Below, piece after piece: positions 37,852 through 49,581 of a DNA stretch of 64,000 nt (its first letter is position 1; the number at the start of each line of letters is the position of its first letter). Both the position numbers and the translations under genes were made by a program. The stretch spans positions 1,883,107-1,947,106 of the forward strand of contig NW_019091355.1 of the NCBI RefSeq assembly GCF_001949145.1, in the 5' to 3' direction. Origin of the DNA: Acanthaster planci. Taxonomy: Eukaryota. The notes under the pieces are model-generated. The model was not told the origin of the DNA. It did no database searches and was given only the letters and a program-made list of their open reading frames with translations.

Positions 37852-39379
37852 TTCGTGCATAGACTCCACTCAATTTTTGTTGTTAGGATCATCGATTACG
37901 ATGAAGAGTCTTATACCACGTAGTTGTGGCCTTTCAAAGACCACTGGGGGCCTTGTAACACCCAGGATACGTTTGCATGTGGGACTTTCGACGTTTAAAA
38001 CACGCCGTGCTAATTGTCAAAGGTTACCTTTTGCCAGTTATAACCAGGGGATGAGGGGTAGGTTCTCGCTTACCCGCCGGTCGTACCTCTGCCGTTTGTG
38101 TGCTCGGTGTACTCTACCAGCATAGCCGCGTTAACACGAGTTACACGCAGTCTCAGTATTAATGATTTGATACCGGTAACAAACTTTCATTTTTCTGCAA
38201 ATTGAAGCCTGACCTTTTACCTTATCCCCATTTTTTTAATGCAAATGCAACATTCTACGCAACATATTCGCACGAGAAAGCTGTAAAGGATTGCTGCTAT
38301 TAACATATGAAGCACCTAAGATCGACATGGACTTATACTACCACAGATACACTGAAAGTGCCATGTTTACAGTATTACCTTCAAGTGCCTCTACGTGCCG
38401 TTTAATCTGAAACGAATTAAATGACGAGATATTCTAAATACACTAGAATACAGATATTCTAGTGGTACACAGGTGCTCCAATCAACAAAACGTTGATGAT
38501 TGTTCGTGCATGTACGATGTGGACGCATCGAACGACTGCACTGCAGTGAGGTAGCTTGACCCTCACACAAGCATATTACTACTACAAAACATTGAACTTC
38601 AGAAAGCTAGGTAAAAGCCAGCCTGCCTCAATTAAAATAAGGAAATTTATTGCCTGTCAGTTTGAAAAATGAACAACTTAAAGGGGCAGTTAAAGTAAAA
38701 GGGAAACGAGAACAAAGAAGATTTGGGGAGCCTATGTTACGAAAGCCGTGCACAGTTCAAATCTGTTTACTTTGAGTATGTGCAATACAGGCAAATACGT
38801 TTCGAGGCGGTGCTATTTTTCAAACTCTTCTCTCACGCGAAAACTATGGGAAATCATATTTCCAAAACACTTTCACAACTGAATTTCTAAATGTGCTTTA
38901 TTTTGTATATTTTTTGTTATTTATTAAAAATTATAATATACATGAATCGGAGCTAGATGTGATTCATTCTTGTTCATCTAAATTACATTAGCCTTTATAG
39001 CTTGTGCTGAAGCCGATATGCAACAGTGTGATGTTTTTTGTTTGTAAATAAACTGAAAATTTCTCATAAGTTTGATAACACTCTTGTATTCCCTGTGCGT
39101 TTCTTCGTGTTTCTTGGGTTGGTTTCCATCTAGCTTGTCGAACCTTCAATGTTCAGAAATTGTTAGGATCGCCTTCCCTTGACCTCTAGTTACATCCTTA
39201 GTTGAGATCTGGAGTTCAATCCAATCCTATTCCTAGATTTTCCCCTTACGCAGTTGAGATGTCGATAATGCCTCTGTGTACTGTGTAATATCAGAGCTAC
39301 TTTTTGTGTTGGATTTTTGTGTCCCGGCGTTGACTTGGAATCCTGCGCCGTTGTTCATGTATTACTTGTATAAAAGCTC

Positions 39380-40131
39380 AACCTATCTTTATCTCACTGA
39401 AGATGGGTCGGCTCAAAGTTCCGTGCGCGAAGTTTTGATTGCTTAGTAACAATATACTTGTATTTGAAATTCGAAAGATAATTTGAGAAGTGAGCAGTGG
39501 GTCTGAGGTTACATGTTGGACTTCTGTTCCCCAGGCCCCGGGTTCGAATCCCAGCGGGGCATTTTTATTTTCAATTTCTTTACGTGAGTCTGTTAGATAA
39601 GTATATAGGAAAGAGCTTCTTCGTTTGGGGACCCAAATGGTGGTGTCGGTAGGAGCATGGTCTTGGAAGCCTGCGAGCTGGGTTCGAATCCCGGCCAGGG
39701 CAGAGAGACCGCAGTAGGTCGGAGTTCCGTGGCAGTTGTCTAGCTAACTAGATAAAATAAAATAAAATAAAATGGAATTTTGTTCTTTTTTATTGTGAGC
39801 ACTGAGAGCAAAAGAAGTAAAAAATCCCCTAGGCTGCTCCGGTGGGATTCGAACCCACGATCTTTCCAATGAGCGTCAGCATCCCTATCCACTAGGCCAA
39901 TACGCTCTTCTTACTTCTAATAGTTGAGAAGTAATATATAAATATTCTATAGAACAGGGTGCGCCGAACCAATCTGGACTCTATGCTTTGCGCAAGGCAT
40001 AATGGGAACCAATATGGCGCAGCAAGATCGTCCCCGTGGGAAAGCGGATGGCACTGAACAGAAAAGTGAGAATGGCTCTCATCGCGCATGCACTCTTGTC
40101 GTGTCAGTGAAAAGAGATTTGCAGATAGGTT
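39380..40131. mobile_element. Degenerate fold-back/composite element containing three tRNA-like (B-box) segments
   Basis: GGTTCGAATCC at 39541 (+), 39681 (+) and 39845-39855 (-). The ends AACCTATCTTTATCTCACTGA and TCAGTGAAAAGAGATTTGCAGATAGGTT are imperfect inverted repeats. Confidence 0.55.
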
Positions 40132-41021
40132 CAAAGACAGAGAATAAGGTTTTAGGGGAAAATATTTTAGAAAGGATAATATTCTTAATTCACTCTCGCA
40201 AACATACCTGACAAAAATGGCTGCAAACAAATCGTACCATTCCCGGAAAATCGCTTCTATCTCTGGCTTTGTCTGCGGCTCCGACTTCAGTGCGAGTTTG
40301 ATGCAACGAAGCCGAGGTTCATAAAATAGCATAAATTTCAGTTCTATCTCAACAACACAACAGCATAAACTAATACAGATTTACCTTCCATTATATCGAC
40401 GTTGCTGTTTATTCCCTGATCCCGCGACACACAACAAACAGACTAATGGATTATATTCTATCGCTAATTAGCACCCGATCTTTAAAAAAAAAACAGGATA
40501 CAAATACAATTTTGAAAGTTAAAAGCAAAGACATTCTCTTATGTTAAATTACGTGCAACAACAAGTCACCTACGTTTACAATTTACAGTGTCAGTTGACA
40601 ATATTTAATTGGCCATGCATTCGTCTGCACGTGGTAAAACTTTATGGAAGTGTTAAAACATAACGTAAATGTGCAGCGATAAGTGTAATGCACTTTCTTG
40701 TGTAAGAGCACTTTTGATAATAAAATCGTGAAAAACAAACTTTCACAGACAATCTTGCAACACGAATAATTACTTAGACCTACCCACCAATAATGTCTTG
40801 GGGCCAAAACTCTCGCCTCGGGTAAGACTCTCTATTATTTCTTCTTTCCACCTATCTAAAGGTGCCTGTGGGGACAGAGGTTCTTGTTGTATTCGAAGTG
40901 ACCATTTTGTGAGGTATATGACAGCAGCATGCATCTGGTAATTGAGTTGGTTGGAGAACTGTTTTGTGAACACGATTACCGCTGCATAAAAACATGTTCA
41001 CCGTTTTCGTTAGTGCCATAA

Positions 41022-41279
41022 TTGACCGATTACGCCAGCGAAGTCACGTGACCTATAGTGGGTACCGGTACCAAACATTAACAAAGATGGCGTCGTGTAT
41101 CATAAACATTGTTTACCAAAAATAATGCCAATTATGGGGTACAGTGCTCAGCTCATCAGTAGTCTGAGTACTTCACAGCTATGTTTTTGGTAAATACTTA
41201 TGGAGCGCATCTATGGGAGCATTTGCTGAACTTTGATCCCCAATATAGGTGATGTGACTTAGCGAGCGCAATTGGTCAA
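41022..41279. mobile_element. Fold-back MITE downstream of the MCT-B stop codon
   Basis: TTGACCGATTACGCCAGCGAAGTCACGTGACCTATAGTGGG versus right-arm reverse complement TTGACCAATTGCGCTCGCTAAGTCACATCACCTATATTGGG. Confidence 0.7.
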
Positions 41280-41516
41280 CTAAATGCTCTTCAAACTCAC
41301 ATGCCTGCGAGTCCCCATGTAAATCTATTTGAGAAACAGCACATGCGCAAAACAGTTGGCGGACCCCGTTCTACAGGTTCAATTTGCACGACGGCCAAGG
41401 TCAATACTTTGCAAGTAAATTTCATCAAAACTCCCCACATGGACCGATAGGTTCGATGATATTTTTACAGCTGCATTAACTGTCGAGAAAACCAAAATCT
41501 CTGTACTGTACAGCAG

Positions 41517-44500
41517 TCACACAGCAGTTGACTCGGGCACCGAAGCGGGGTGCCGACTGCGGCGTTCTCGGTAACACTGGTTGACTGGCAGCGGGAGAGA
41601 GAGCATTGCCGCAATGGCAAAGAAGACGCTTATCAAGTAATAAGGTATGCAAGTACTCCTCGTAGCATCTCTCACGGCACCTGCAACCCAGGAGAACCAG
41701 CAAGTTCGTCAAGAAACACAACAAATTCAGCGCAATACACGATAGCTTGCAGACCGCAGTACAACGACTTAAAAAGACCAAAATGGCGACTTTTAAAAGA
41801 AGCAAACATTCACCAAACACACCCTTTGTTATTGGCCTACAGTACTTTAAAGGTGGTAAAATTATGAGCGCGTTGGGATAGATGCTTTGAATAGTTTGGA
41901 CGAATCTGAGGAGATGCCATCATTGCGTGTCGCGCCCCACCCCCGCACGAGACTTCAGTTACAATTAGGGTGATTTACAATAATACGCCTCAAGAGTTTG
42001 CAAAGCACTGGCCAATCACAACCCGCAAAATCTGTCGACCCTTTCCAAACGCGCATAAGGTCGACAGATTTAGCGCATATTGATTGGCCAATGCGTTGCA
42101 AACTCTTAGAGGCGCACTGTTGTGAATCGCCCGTATTAAGACACGTTTTCTGTAAGTCCCAATCAACGCCATGCCAGTCGAAGAGGCGTGTATAACGCGC
42201 ACGTACAATGCACCCTCGTGCATGGTACCATCGAGCAGCTTGTGGTAGTCGGATTCCTAGTTCTTACCGCCAAAGCAAAGACTGGAACTTACCAACTACA
42301 AAACCTCCAAGCGTTGTCCCAAGGCCTGAGCAGAACAGCGATATTCCGAAGGCGACACCTAGGTAGACAATACCAACAAGCTCCCGCAGAATGACCGCAA
42401 CTAACGAAAAGTAAACGCCACTGCCTAAACCAATGACTGTAGCAGAGGCTATCTTTCCCCAGAACGTGGTCGTGTTGGGGAATGTTGCCGTGGTTACAAT
42501 TGAGGCCAACAAGGAGAGGGAGTACATCCAGAACGGTGTGATGTGTTTGCGAGTCAGGAACCAGCCGTGGGTCAACCTGCCCATCACACTGCCGATACCG
42601 ACGCAGGTCAGCAAGATGGAGGCTTGCTTGGTCGTCATACCAGACGACACAGCCTGGTTGACGAGATGGAAGGAAACTCCCGAGTAGCCGGCGGTGTGGA
42701 ACACACAGGCGACGAACATGGCAAGAATCGCTGGTGCGTTGGTAATTCGTTTGAGTCTCGATCTTACGGCTTTGCCACATAAAGACAAAGATTTGGAGAT
42801 ACTGAATGCCTCAGTAGCTGGCTCACTTGTCGAATTTCCTTGAAACGTGTCCTCACATTTGGAAGTTTCAGAAATCCTCCTATCAACGTGTTCTTCACCA
42901 CCTCCTTCCCCCGTTTCAACCGGTTCATACTCCACTTCTAGGTTCAGATTATTGTGTTTTACTACACGTGTTTTCCGAAAATGAGATTTGAATTTACTTG
43001 TCGGACGCATGAGCGCGCCCATTACCATGACATTTGAAACAATGGCAGACAAGATGATGAGGCTCTGTCTCCAGTCGTAAGTTTCATTCAGGTGTTGAAT
43101 TAACGGTGGGAAGACGACAACGCCAGCCCCTGGGCCCGCATAAGCGATACCATTAGCGACAGAAAAGTGACGATTGTAGTATCGTCCAATCACTACCACG
43201 ATAGCCACGTGCACGATCGATCCGCCAAGACCTGAAAAAAAAGAAACCAGCAATGCACTTCAAGTTTCTCCTCTCTCTTGGGGTATCGGTATAAGCTTTA
43301 CCGAAGTGACAAATGAGTTAACACCTGAAGAAGAAAAGGGGTTCTGGTAACATTCAGAGTGAGTGTGGTAATTCAATAAGGTCTCCCTTTAAACTCTTGG
43401 TTGGAATCTTGGAAGCAAGAGTTTAAACATACATCAGCATATGCTTGTGCTTTGTGATAAGATTGGAGTCAATAGACTGGAAAGCCAAAGCTTACTAACG
43501 CCCTAGATCGGCAGTTGAAATGATGAATGTGGTTTGTCAGCTTGAACGAACTGTTTCGAGAAGAGATAAATTGTCTCCTGGCAACGCAGCATAATATCTC
43601 TAAGGATGCTTCATACACTTACCAGCAATTATGCCGAGGCAGACGAATAAATGGTAGACAGAGGTGGAGAAAGATGCGGTGGCAGTGCCACAAGCCACGA
43701 GGGCGCCACCAAGCATGACGGCTCGACGACATCCGATCCTTCTCACAACAATGTTTCCCAATGGCCCTGTTAAACGAAAATCAGACACGTTCTTGGGCCT
43801 GAGTCTATCCATACCCCAGAAATGAAACAGAAACTTACTGCTCCTCTTCCAGGAGCCTAACATCGAGAATAGTTTTTTTCAGAGCATCACACAAACTTAT
43901 CGAGAAGATTGCTTCGCACGCCAATAACTTCCCAGACTGAGCCAGCCACATAATTTTCTACTCCCGAGACATAGTTTACGATCAGCGTTAGGTTGTTGTC
44001 TTGTTAAGGCCTCCTAACTTAATATGCCAGTTAGTTGATAATGCCGTCTGTGTACCTAGTCAGGCATTTGATGCAAGATCGGAGAGAACCCCCGTCCCAC
44101 CTTTGTGTTCGCCATTGTTTGATCGGAATCTCAGGAATTCTTTAAAGACTTCTAGTGGGGATGTGTTAGGTAACAATAGTCTAGAGTGTGTATAGGGATT
44201 GGACACGTGGGGGGTATACACATCGGCCCCATATCGTGCACGGTATCAAGTCATGCGCATCCCGATGAATGGATCAATTTTCAAGGACTTCAAATTTCGC
44301 ACAACACCGGTGTTTTTGACCATCACACATAAAGCATGGGCTACGTGCTGGTGCCAGAGGGCTCTGTGACCCTATACCTGTAAAACACTCCACGGCGATG
44401 CCAGAACTGACCGCCCATCCCAGCGAACCGGAACCTTCCTCAAACTCTTCCTGCAAGATTGGTACGAAGATACCAAAGGTGCCCAGCACGCCGTTGTGTA

Positions 44501-44636
44501 GCAGGAACGCCAGGAATGAGGCCACGACCACCACACGCCCCCAACGGGTGATTCGACGCTGGCCACAACCAAGCCCTCTCTGGGGTTGATTGGCCTGCAG
44601 CTTTGGATCCGTTGTGTCGTCGATCACCCCTTCCAT
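41517..44636 (-). CDS. SLC16/MCT family MFS transporter (MCT-B), 4 coding exons, about 501 aa
   Basis: Minus-strand exons 44636-44378, 43766-43623, 43231-42293, 41680-41517 (TGA); all introns phase 1; total 1506 nt. Motifs RWGRVVVVAS, RRIGCR, GRYYNRHFSVANG, YDWRQSL, GSVMGRL, LRELVG; ends ESTAV. Confidence 0.92.
41966..42135. mobile_element. About 175-bp palindromic MITE family, copy 1 (last intron of MCT-B)
   Basis: Arms CGCCTC(C)AAGAGTTTGCAA..GGCCAATCA..AATCTGTCGACC / GGTCGACAGATT..TGATTGGCCAATGCGTTGCAAACTCTT.GAGGCG; relatives at 57851 and 61431. Confidence 0.8.
44081..44246 (+). repeat. Interspersed repeat fragment, copy 2 (MCT-B intron 1)
   Basis: Same-orientation match to 35098-35258. 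Confidence 0.8.
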
Positions 44637-47600
44637 AATTTAAACAGGCTGCATTGATAAAAACAAATCACCATGGTATAATCCAAAACAGGGACCTCTC
44701 AACAGAAAACCAACGCTGCACAAATAAAAAATCAAGGCTAAAGTATCTCTTCAACTACTGTACGTAAAATACGTCATTTGTCTGGTAAAAACTTCTTTCC
44801 CCTGACGCTGAAATCTTTGTGCAGCAAAACAGGTGGTCAGTGTTTAGTGAACACCCAAGGTTCTGTGGGCCTGCTACAAACAAACTATTGTCTAGAACAA
44901 TGCGTCACGTGGTGTGCTCTTGTTTCCTCTGCGACGACATGTATACGTATCAATATTCGTTTGCTCTGATACGCTTATCCACTCCGTATTCTGATCTTAC
45001 ATGAAATGCTACCATAATGCATAGCGAAAACAGTGGTAATATGAGGAAATGGGCAGGCGAAGCCTTGAGACTGTTCAGGCTGAGGTATAAGTTTCATTTA
45101 ACTCCAACTCATTTAGTAAACTCACAGGGTTCTGAGGAGCTGTCCGCCTCCGGGTCTATAGAGTAACAATTAAGCTAATAATCCATGAAAGGATTCCCTA
45201 CGGGTTACCCTGCCCCGATCGCTTTAAACATGATACATGCTGCAAATAAAAAGGTTTTCAAGCACAGAGGAACAAGAACATGCTTCAAGTGACTGAACTC
45301 ACAGTTACGTCTTGGAAATCCATTTTGGCCCTGTCAAAGAATACACCGTTTATGTGTATTTTGCGAGGTCTGCAAAGACTAGCTTTCCATAAATTACGAG
45401 CACATTTTTTTAATGTTTAATAGACCTCGAACTTAAGAGTTTACCCCTCCATAAACTGACTCGGCCACACGAAACGTTTGAAGAACATTATTGAATTAAC
45501 AGGCTTAAGATCGAGTGAGTTGAAACGGTAGGAGGTCGTTGTGCATGTTTTTCAGCAATTGGGCAACCCGCTGCCAGCGACCCCCCCCGGTAAAACAGTC
45601 GGATAACGGAGGCCTCTATGGTCAGATCATAGAGCTACAACCCATGGTCAGATCAAACGTGTGCAGGGTAGGCGCGGAAGGCAAGCCAGTGCGGTGTTGA
45701 ATGAGCCGCCCAAGCAGTCTTCATTTCAATCTGCAGCGTTGTAACTTGTAGTCGAGTCCGTCGGTGGTCCTTAGACGTCTAAACATGGAGGAGCTTCCTC
45801 CATGGTCTAAAGCAGAAGTCTAGTCGCGAGACGGTCTCTGCATAGTGCAGGGAACGAGAATCGAAGGTATGTCTCCATCAAGGCCTATTGTGAATAGCTC
45901 GACTTCAGGCTAGACGAAATGAGATGAAGTTGCACTGAAGGACAAGGGACTTGCGGACTCAAAGTTTTACATAACTTCTGGCCAATTTTATATAACCATA
46001 CAGCAAGGACCCAGGTAATGGAACAGCCTATGTATCCAAGCTGGAACCCCATTTCCACCCGCAAAAATATGTAGAGACCATTTATCTCTACTTTCAAAGC
46101 ATGGTAAAAGCCCCGGGGAAAAAGTGCATGCATTTGCAGTTGTTATATGTCCTGTAATTTCAAACCGAAATTCCAGACCTACATTTCCTACGGGTATTTG
46201 CACAAAATAGTCCAACATGCGTCAAGTGGACTATGTTCTAATTCCTCCAAGATTTAAGGTAATAATAATGTACTTCAAAACTGGAAATTAAGCCTTAAAA
46301 AGTGTAGCCAATATATCCAAATAAGGACAAAGAGAATACTTCAGGTTAGCAAGACTGGTTTACAACGTGCGGGTGACCCAGGGTAAGTTATGGGGGGGGG
46401 ATCCTCGATGAAGAACCAGGGCCACCGCCAACCGCAATTTCAAAACCGCAAACTATTCGGCTATTCACCACTCCTCGGGCGCAGAGAGCGAAACCGGTAC
46501 GCCGTTATCTACAATTACATAACCAAAGAGACAGAATAATTAACCGTTGTGGGGACTACTCATCAATCCATATCTGGCATCTCGTCGCTACAATCGGGAA
46601 TAACATCATACATGTATATACACAGGCTCACACCGAGGCAACATCGCCCACGTCTTTCAAAAGCAAAAAAAAGTGCTACCAATGGGGTTACAGCATGAAT
46701 GTTGGTCTTTTTTCTTCCTCTATTAACAGCCTAACAACATAACCACAATGAGAAAAATGATTGCCAAACTACTTCCAACTATTTTTTCTTCCTCCATGCT
46801 GTAATATTGGCTAATTGGTGATCGATGACGTGGCCAACCATTCCAAATTTGTGATTTTTAATGATGTTGTTAGTGAAACCAGGGTGAAATCCCCGTGGCC
46901 GAAACAACCATGGCCCAAGTCCATGCATGGTCCGTGGTATTTGTTGATATGCCATCGTGTATTATGACAATGCCTAGTTCTGGTACTAGTCAACAGATCA
47001 TCCTAACCAGCTGTTTTATTGCCGAATCAACCTACCTGTAGGCTGTATAACACCAACTCAATTATCAACACGTAAATCCAAGGTACAAGCTGGTGGTCGG
47101 ACTGATCTAGAGAATTTGCAGCGGGCCGCGATGTCCGAATATCCCCTATAGGTGCCCTGATCCCAGGCCTGCAGGGACGTCGGGCGATTGTAGTACAGTC
47201 ATGATAACACTCCGCCAACATCGAGTCCCATTGTTCAGTGCCGCACCTGAACCAGGGCCAAAACGCGCAATATCGCTACATATACAAAGCCCTTTGTCCT
47301 TGAGCTCAGGATGTCAGATACCTCTAGTGCTCTTTTTTTATACACGTATCATGGAGCTCATGATCAGATGGTCAGATCAGATCACAGCAGACCACATACT
47401 CGGAAACTGCACAGAGCTGAATGGCGCGTTTATTGACCAGGTCTACCGTATTTACAATAGCAACAGCAGTGTCTCCAGATTCCGAGACAATATATCCAAC
47501 GCCAGCATGAATACAATGTGAAACAAAAACACAGTTAATGAGTGTCAAAGGCAAAACCCAGCGGTAATTTACACCAGCTGACACTAATCGAACATGGTTC

Positions 47601-49581
47601 GAAGAACTGGGCACGTACGTCCTTGAGACAATATTCATTACAAGCGCACATGCGCACTTTATTTTCAAGAAGACTTCTAAAAGAAGGAGCTTCAAACATT
47701 AAAAAGGCAGACAGAAATAAATTTATAACAATCAAAATCGATTCAACAAACAACATATATCATTCTTCCATGTGTACGATTTCTAATTAACGTTGAATTT
47801 CAGAGGCTTCAGACCCTCTCTGTCAGCAAAATAAATTAAAATGTCAAAATACTGAATGTTTGTCAACAATAAAATTTAACTGAAAATAAGTTTTGTGAGA
47901 AAAACAAAATCGAAGATCCATCCTTCGTGCATCTTACGCATTTAGTTTTAAATCCGCCACAGGTGCACTTTGCTAAAGACGTCATGGACATGCCACAACA
48001 ATGCTAATGCATGATTTTTTTTTTGTAAACGAGCGCTGCATTACGTAATGCCGTACCTTTCGATGACCATGCATATGCAAAACAAACTCAACCGGAGTCG
48101 ATCTTAAGCAGGGCTAAAGCTCCCTTCTCAATAAGGTTATCCCTTATTAGCAATCCAGGGAACTTATTGCATAGAGCAAGGAACACAGGGATCCTTCCGT
48201 GTAAATTTTAACAGTAAGCTTATACCTCGAGGAAAACCATTTATGATGACTTGACGGCGCTTAATAGAGCAATGAACTGGGCTTTAGTATGTGCATGTTC
48301 ACATTCAAGACCGTTACAAATTTTCGAAAATTTATTTTCTTTAGCCGCGTTATATCGTCATTGATGTAGCATTGTGACGGAACTTTCATTTACCGTAGAA
48401 CAGCAGGCCTATTTTTGTGGACAAAACGAGTCAGTATTGTTTGGACAAAACAATTCAACGACATGTGACCAACGACCCATCAGTGAACTGAGGGGAATTA
48501 ATTCAGACGTATAGTGGTATCAAAATACCATACGTAAAATATACGAAAATGCTAATGGAAATTATTATTATGAAACCTGACAGCGGGTAATATAATGCAC
48601 CAGGCAACAGAAGGCGTCGATTGACGATGCTATGGAGAATGTAACTTCACACATTTCTGAAATTAACAAATATTGACATTTTTACACTTTAGGCACTCTG
48701 CGTTGATAAACATGGTCGCATAATTACCACATCGGCACATGGCCTCTTCTTATATTACAGCTCACCCATCCACGAGGCCGAAAAAAAATATCAAATTGCC
48801 TCCGATAAGGACAAATTCCTCAGCATTTAATTTTAAAAGAGGAGCAAGAGAGGGCGCAAATTTCTTTGTAACGGGGCGTCTTTGGTGGGAACTCCACTTC
48901 ACTGGTTCACAACAGACTATGAAATGCACGTGCAACCAACAAAGTTCACACTCCCCACCAACATGACTCTTTTCAGCCGATGAGGGGGTCCCTCTGCTCA
49001 AGGTGGATGGAACGTAGTTCGTGCATTATGCGTTGAGTAGATGGACTAAGATGCAGTCCGTTGATGGTCCGGTACAGGTGTTGGGGGAGTTTGAAAGTGC
49101 ATTGTTTTTGAGGAAGCTAAAGGAACTCCCTGAGGATTGGTTGATAATATTCAAACTTTTTGGTCAAAATACAGGCGATTCTATAATTAAGGTCTTGCTG
49201 GCGGAACCCAAGAATTCATATGAGTATCACTAAATGTGTGCGAGATCAAAATAATACACTGCATATGAATAAAATGGAATGTTATACATGTAGCTTAAAA
49301 ATGTCACTCAAATTCAAAATTGACTAGAGGCATATTTACAATTTGTTGATGAAATAAAGTTTACACATGAAAATTAACTAGGCTGGTTTATAACTTCTGA
49401 CTGTTACCAAAAACAAATTGCATATACCGGAATTAATATCTGTCAATATTTCAGCATGCGGTATCGCTGAAAAGGTTCAAACAGAAGCGAGCCAGTTTTC
49501 AAAAAAGAACACGCAGTGTTCCCAACGTTCCCCAAAAAAATTTCCTGTTGGAACTTTGGTGTGATTAGTAGTCGGACGAGA

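Noticed and set aside
39490..39900. Functional tRNA genes
   Set aside because: B boxes are present but I could not form acceptor and anticodon stems; treated as tRNA-derived repeats.
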